Position numbers and translations under genes: made by a program
Part shown: one piece after another, positions 59,306 through 64,000 of the stretch
How positions within the stretch are numbered: the stretch's first letter is position 1
How the letters are laid out: every line of letters begins with the position of its first letter
Assembly (NCBI GenBank): GCA_963716145.1
Contig: OY970292.1
Span: 268,104 to 332,103 of the forward strand
Source of the DNA: Candidatus Levyibacteriota bacterium
Lineage (GTDB): Bacteria > Patescibacteriota > Microgenomatia > Levybacterales > UBA12049
Length of the DNA stretch: 64,000 nucleotides
Reading direction: 5' to 3'
Notes under the pieces: generated by a model
Databases searched by the model: none
Told to the model about the DNA's origin: nothing
The model's input: only the letters and a program-made list of their open reading frames with translations

Positions 59306-60016
59306 ATGAATAAAAAAATATTACTTTTATCCGCACTGCTTTTTGTCTTTTTTACGCCTGTCACCTCAGCTCACGATGAACCTACAAGCTCCTCAGCAAA
59401 ACCTCACGACATAAAACAACCTGTTATGCGGGTAATGGAGCAGAAAGAAAATTTTAAGATAAAAAAAGAAGAATCCAAAGAAAAATATCAAGAGAAAATA
59501 GACGCAATGCGGCTTGAATTTAAGGCAAAACGTGAAGAATTCAAAGCAAAACTGGCAGAATTGAAAGATACTCGCAAAAAAAATATTGTTGAGCACGTTG
59601 ATTTGAAACTTTCCAACATAAATAAGAACAGCACGGCTAGGATGAGTCAATCACTCTCCAAACTCGACACTCTTCTTGAAAAATTTTCATCCCGTGCCGC
59701 CATTCTCAAAACCGAAGGCAAAGACACAACAGAAGTAGACGCAGCAATAGTTACCGCAAAAGCTGCAATAAAAACCGCTACAGAAGCAGTCGCGATACAA
59801 GCAGCCAGAGAATATGCAGCTGAGATCAAAGACGAGCAAACTCTAAAGAATACTGTTGGTGAGGCAGTTAAATCTTTGCGACAAGATCTGAAAGCAACAC
59901 AGGATCAAGTTAAAATTGCCAAAGAAAAAGTAATGGATGTCGCAAGAGCTCTTGCAAAATTGCATTCACCAAAAACCACATCAACACCCAGCGCAGCAGT
60001 TGAGTCGGGTATATAA
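59306..60016 (+). CDS. Secreted coiled-coil protein
   Basis: Signal peptide; Lys/Glu/Ala-rich helices. Confidence 0.7.
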   Translation: MNKKILLLSALLFVFFTPVTSAHDEPTSSSAKPHDIKQPVMRVMEQKENFKIKKEESKEKYQEKIDAMRLEFKAKREEFKAKLAELKDTRKKNIVEHVDLKLSNINKNSTARMSQSLSKLDTLLEKFSSRAAILKTEGKDTTEVDAAIVTAKAAIKTATEAVAIQAAREYAAEIKDEQTLKNTVGEAVKSLRQDLKATQDQVKIAKEKVMDVARALAKLHSPKTTSTPSAAVESGI

Positions 60017-60021
60017 TAATT

Positions 60022-60348
60022 ATGGAAGAATCACAAATTCAACCAACACCACCTGTAACCTCACAGCAACAGCCTTCAGCTGTACAACAATCCAAAAACA
60101 ATAAAAATCTCTACGTTGTATTTATTGTCGTATTAATTCTGGCAGCTGGAATGGTTTTTTATATAATAACAAATAACCGAAATCCAGTAAGCAATCAGGC
60201 ACAAAACAGCTCTATACCTACTCAACCACCAGTAGTTTCTCCAATTTCAACCGGTTCTGCTGAAGAAAAAGAAGTCGAGCAAGTTGATGTGATTGATACA
60301 GCACCCACAGATTTTCCCGAAGTTGAAAAAGACGTTCAGGGATTATAA
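60022..60348 (+). CDS. Single-TM hypothetical protein
   Basis: Gln/Pro-rich N-terminus, one TM helix. Confidence 0.65.
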   Translation: MEESQIQPTPPVTSQQQPSAVQQSKNNKNLYVVFIVVLILAAGMVFYIITNNRNPVSNQAQNSSIPTQPPVVSPISTGSAEEKEVEQVDVIDTAPTDFPEVEKDVQGL

Positions 60349-60417
60349 GTTTTTATCACCCAAACTATCAGCCAGTTCCCCTTGCAACTAAAGCCAAAAT
60401 AAAGTAAAATAGAGTTA

Positions 60418-60621
60418 ATGTCACAAGAACCAAAAAGACGTCATTCAATTGCCCGCAAAGGCAAAAGACGCGCAAGTATCAAACTTACTGTTACCAAATC
60501 AGTTGTTTGCAAAAACTGCCAAAGCCTATATCTTTCCCATACCGTATGCGCAAATTGCGGTTTCTATAACGGAAAACAGGTAGTTGCCACCAAAACAGTC
60601 AAAGCTCAGCCAGCCGAATGA
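60418..60621 (+). CDS. rpmF: 50S ribosomal protein L32
   Basis: PKRRHS..R...CKNC...HTVCANCGFYNG. Confidence 0.93.
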   Translation: MSQEPKRRHSIARKGKRRASIKLTVTKSVVCKNCQSLYLSHTVCANCGFYNGKQVVATKTVKAQPAE

Positions 60622-60977
60622 AAACATCGCATGACCCCAGGCATAAAAAAAGACAAAGCATCGTTCAGCAACTATTTGGAGTTGAATTTCACATCCAGTC
60701 AGTAAGCGCTGAAACGGAAAAAGTAATGAAGTATAAAGATACTATTGATAAAAATATAAGGGACGCGGCTCCTGATTTTCCGGTTGAGAAGATTAATAAA
60801 ATTGATTTGGCTGTGCTTAGACTTGCTACGTATGAATTATTGATTGATAAAAAAGAACCGCAAAACGTAGTAATTGATGAAGCGGTTGAGTTGGCTAAAG
60901 AATTTGGAGGGGAGACTAGTCCTGCTTTCGTAAATGGGGTATTAGGCCACATACTTTCCTATGAACACACTACCTAA
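60618..60977 (+). CDS. nusB: Transcription antitermination factor NusB
   Basis: IDLAVLRLA, VVIDEAVELAKEFG, FVNGVL. Confidence 0.93.
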   Translation: MKTSHDPRHKKRQSIVQQLFGVEFHIQSVSAETEKVMKYKDTIDKNIRDAAPDFPVEKINKIDLAVLRLATYELLIDKKEPQNVVIDEAVELAKEFGGETSPAFVNGVLGHILSYEHTT

Positions 60978-61626
60978 ATTCAAAAATCCCAAACTACATC
61001 GATTGGCTTTTATTCACCGTTCATATTTAAATGAGTCAAAGTCCGAAACCGAATCCAACGAAAGACTCGAGTTTTTGGGAGATAGTATAATTTCTTTTGT
61101 CATATCCGAGCATTTATACAAAACATATCCAGGTTTTGATGAAGGTATTCTAACCAATCTTCGTTCTTTGGTAGTAAACACAAAAAGTCTTGCAAAAATG
61201 AGCAAGAATCTAAATTTCGGCGACCAGCTACTCCTCTCAAAAGGTGAGGAAGACTCGGGAGGGAGAAATAATCAGTCTCTTCTGGCAAATACATTTGAAG
61301 CATTTACAGGCGCACTGTACATAGATCAGGGGATAGATGCTGTATCTAAATTTTTAAGCGATGTACTCGTTCCAACAATCGCGGAGCATGTTCAGAAAAA
61401 AGTATTCAAAGACCCAAAGAGCCTACTCCAGGAACAAATTCAGGCTAAAAAGCAAAATTCTCCATTATATAAAGTGCTTGAAGAAGTTGGGCCTGCACAT
61501 GCAAAAAGATTTACTATTGGAGTATTTGTTGCAAATGAACTCCTAGGACAGGGGAGTGGCAAATCCAAACAGGAAGCTGAGGAAATAGCAGCAGGAGCAG
61601 CTCTTGAGAAGATAGGTAAACTCTGA
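60961..61626 (+). CDS. rnc: Ribonuclease III
   Basis: NERLEFLGD and dsRBD (DPKSLLQE...SKQEAE). Confidence 0.96.
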   Translation: MNTLPKFKNPKLHRLAFIHRSYLNESKSETESNERLEFLGDSIISFVISEHLYKTYPGFDEGILTNLRSLVVNTKSLAKMSKNLNFGDQLLLSKGEEDSGGRNNQSLLANTFEAFTGALYIDQGIDAVSKFLSDVLVPTIAEHVQKKVFKDPKSLLQEQIQAKKQNSPLYKVLEEVGPAHAKRFTIGVFVANELLGQGSGKSKQEAEEIAAGAALEKIGKL

Positions 61627-61707
61627 TACAATATAGATCTGCTAATAGCAAATGGCGTATGGCAAATAGTTACCATAAGCTATAAGCACTTAGCCATAAG
61701 CAAAACT

Positions 61708-61935
61708 ATGTCACTCGTAATAAGACTTACAAGAACAGGAAAAAAAGGAGAACGTAAATTCCGCGTAGTTGTCAAAGAAAAGCGTAGTAAGCGTGATGGC
61801 GGCTATATTGATCTCTTGGGCTGGTATAACAAAACAAAAGATATGAAAAATAAGAAAATTGATATGGAAAAATACAATCGCTGGATAGCTCAAGGCGCGC
61901 AGCCTAGCGCGACTGTTCAGGAAATTGTTAAGTAA
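61708..61935 (+). CDS. rpsP: 30S ribosomal protein S16
   Basis: IRLTRTGKK...RDG..LG.Y...GAQPS. Confidence 0.95.
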   Translation: MSLVIRLTRTGKKGERKFRVVVKEKRSKRDGGYIDLLGWYNKTKDMKNKKIDMEKYNRWIAQGAQPSATVQEIVK

Positions 61936-61959
61936 TAACTATCCGTTAAAACCAAATTT

Positions 61960-62202
61960 ATGAAAGATACTCTTCAATACATTATTTCCGCAATTGTTGA
62001 TGACCCCGATGCTGTAAAAATTGAAGAGAAAGAAGAAGATGGAATGCTCAACCTTGTTGTAACGGTAGCCAAAGATGATATGGGGAAAATAATCGGAAAA
62101 GAAGGAAAAGTTATAAGAAGCATTCGCAATATCATGAAAATCAAAGCGATGAAGCATGACGTGCGGATCAATATCACCCTCGCCGAAATCCCCCAGGAAT
62201 AA
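61960..62202 (+). CDS. khpA: KH domain RNA-binding protein (KhpA/YlqC)
   Basis: DMGKIIGKEGKVIRSIR; follows rpsP. Confidence 0.88.
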   Translation: MKDTLQYIISAIVDDPDAVKIEEKEEDGMLNLVVTVAKDDMGKIIGKEGKVIRSIRNIMKIKAMKHDVRINITLAEIPQE

Positions 62203-62223
62203 GCCATCTGGTACAATCAAAAT

Positions 62224-62745
62224 GTGTTAACTAATCTTCTTGAACTAAGTATCGTCTTTGTTGTTCTTGCTTTAATACTTTTTCCGCTTGCTTTATCTTT
62301 ATCTTTTTTCTTCGGCGCACCTTTTGTCGCAACGCCTAAAAAAATTATTAAGGAGATGATTACACTTTCTGAAATGAAATCAACCGACACCGTTTTTGAT
62401 CTGGGCTCAGGAGATGGACGGGTACTAATGGAATGTGCAAAAGTTTGTAAAAAAGCAATTGGATATGAAATTAATCTATTTTTAGTTGCCTGGACAATGA
62501 TTAAAATAATGATAGGTCAACAATCAAAAGTAGATGTGAAGTGGCAAGATTATAATAAAGCCAAGTTCAATGATGCTACAATTATTTTTTTGTACAGCAT
62601 TCGCGGATTTATCCCAAAGCTTCAGGAAAAACTCAAAAAAGAATTAAGGCCCGGAACAAAAATCATTTCCTACAAATTTCCTTTATCCGGCCTCAAGCTT
62701 ATTAAAAAAACTAAAACTGATATTTATCTTTATTTGGTTAAATAA
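62224..62745 (+). CDS. Membrane-anchored class I SAM-dependent methyltransferase
   Basis: GAPFVAT, DLGSGDGR, GYEIN. Confidence 0.85.
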   Translation: MLTNLLELSIVFVVLALILFPLALSLSFFFGAPFVATPKKIIKEMITLSEMKSTDTVFDLGSGDGRVLMECAKVCKKAIGYEINLFLVAWTMIKIMIGQQSKVDVKWQDYNKAKFNDATIIFLYSIRGFIPKLQEKLKKELRPGTKIISYKFPLSGLKLIKKTKTDIYLYLVK

Positions 62746-62815
62746 TCTTCGAATCTGCTACAATACAGGTATGATTCTTCGACTTTGCTCAGAATCATAT
62801 TGAGTTTATCGAAAT

Positions 62816-63523
62816 ATGAAAATAACGATTTTGACACTTTTTCCCGAAATGTTTGCAGGTCCGTTTGATCATTCAATCATCAAAAATGCCAAGCAAAAAG
62901 GACTTGTGGAGATAGACTTTGTAAATATCCGTGATTTTGGAGTTGGGAGACATAGAATGGTTGATGATACTGAGTACGGCGGGGGAGTGGGAATGGTAAT
63001 GAAAGTTGACGTACTTGATGCCGCAATTAAAGCATCAAAGATCAAAGATCAAAGATCAAAGATCAAAGAAAAGATTGTATTGCTTAGCGCGACGGGCCAA
63101 ACATACAATCAAAAAACAGCAAAAGAATTTTCAAATCTTGACCATCTGATACTAATCTGCGGACATTATGAGGGAGTTGACGAACGAATAAAAAGCTATA
63201 TTGATGATGAAATTTCAATCGGGGACTTTATTCTTACGGGTGGAGAGATTCCTGCGATGCTTATAATAGATAGTGTCGCGAGGTTGATAAGCGGAGTCTT
63301 GCCACCTGGCGCGGTAGAGGACGAATCTTTTTCCAAGATAGACGATCAAACTCTACTTGAATATCCGCACTATACTAAGCCTCAAATATATGAAAACGCT
63401 GAGGTACCTGAAGTCTTGCTTTCCGGAAATCATCCAAAAATAAAAGAGTGGAGGAATAAAAAAGCCCAAGAGTTGACGAAAAAACTCCGCCCCGATCTTC
63501 TAAAAAAGCGGCACAGCGGATGA
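62816..63523 (+). CDS. trmD: tRNA (guanine-N1)-methyltransferase
   Basis: TLFPEMF, CGHYEGVDER, SIGDFILTGGE; contains (ATCAAAG)x5. Confidence 0.96.
   Translation: MKITILTLFPEMFAGPFDHSIIKNAKQKGLVEIDFVNIRDFGVGRHRMVDDTEYGGGVGMVMKVDVLDAAIKASKIKDQRSKIKEKIVLLSATGQTYNQKTAKEFSNLDHLILICGHYEGVDERIKSYIDDEISIGDFILTGGEIPAMLIIDSVARLISGVLPPGAVEDESFSKIDDQTLLEYPHYTKPQIYENAEVPEVLLSGNHPKIKEWRNKKAQELTKKLRPDLLKKRHSG
63034..63068 (+). repeat. Heptamer tandem repeat (ATCAAAG)x5 inside trmD
   Basis: Five exact copies encoding SKIKDQRSKIK. Confidence 0.93.
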
Positions 63524-64000
63524 AGTCCCCGCTTGGGAAGTATTTTCTTGAACGATTGAAGTTTCCTGCCAGGCAGACAATTGCCGGATCAGAGCCTGCT
63601 TTGAATCGGAGACAGAAGTAATTAGCTCATCTTCTTTAAAAGCAATTTTGGGTAAAGTTTTGTAATAAAAATGCATATCAATAATTAGAGAATTAGAATC
63701 TCCCTTAACATTTGTGATTTCAACCACAGGAATTTTTTCAGCAATTTCAGCTAGAAATTTTTTCCCTCCATCTGTACTACCTTTAATATCTACAGTAATA
63801 TCTATGGCCACAAGGTCGCTTTTGTGATCACTTTTGACTTGGCCGTTAGTCTGCGCTGGCTTATCAAGCTGAAAACTAAAGTCAGAAACAGAAACACCTG
63901 ACCTAACTGAAGCTTGAGAAATTACATTTAAAATGCCCTCAAAATCTTTGTCTGCCGGAAGAGAACGGGTTACGACCTGCAGCTGAGAGTCAACTACTGA
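63500..64000 (-). CDS. PilO-like type IV pilus assembly protein, 5' part outside the window
   Basis: Frame open to 64000: SLPADKDFEGILNVISQASVRSGVSVSDFSF...ITVDIKGS...FLAEI. Confidence 0.6.
   Translation of the reverse strand, partial: SVVDSQLQVVTRSLPADKDFEGILNVISQASVRSGVSVSDFSFQLDKPAQTNGQVKSDHKSDLVAIDITVDIKGSTDGGKKFLAEIAEKIPVVEITNVKGDSNSLIIDMHFYYKTLPKIAFKEDELITSVSDSKQALIRQLSAWQETSIVQENTSQAGTSSAVPLF

Overview
AT-rich chromosomal segment of a small-genome bacterium. Gene content and style suggest Patescibacteria/CPR, probably Microgenomates (inference from DUF5660/DUF5665-like genes, sortase, short ThrRS and many orphan ORFs). It carries housekeeping genes (typA, obgE, tig, thrS-infC-rpmI-rplT, pheST, tyrS, recG, rpmF-nusB-rnc, rpsP-khpA-trmD), eight intact tRNA genes, a glycosyltransferase/sortase/repeat-protein surface locus, a Fur-ZIP metal locus and a VOC/detox cluster. 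The strongest unannotated signal is five short leader peptides, each with mutually exclusive 1:2, 2:3 and 3:4 hairpins: Leu-rich, Ile/Val/Leu-rich, Ile-rich, WYYFYF and FYFTF. These look like ribosome-mediated amino-acid attenuators. Two precede matching enzymes (ilvA, pheA-like), two precede orphan proteins, and one has no gene of its own. Other notable items: an MshA-like / histidine phosphatase / MshC-like trio (possible mycothiol-like thiol pathway); an intact tRNA-Val nested inside a decayed tRNA-Val; a four-helix-bundle gene framed by heptamer repeats between two tRNA-Leu genes; small palindromes inserted in frame in proteins; and pervasive leaderless promoters. About a dozen 1-2 nt frameshifts, some in essential genes, look like long-read consensus errors.
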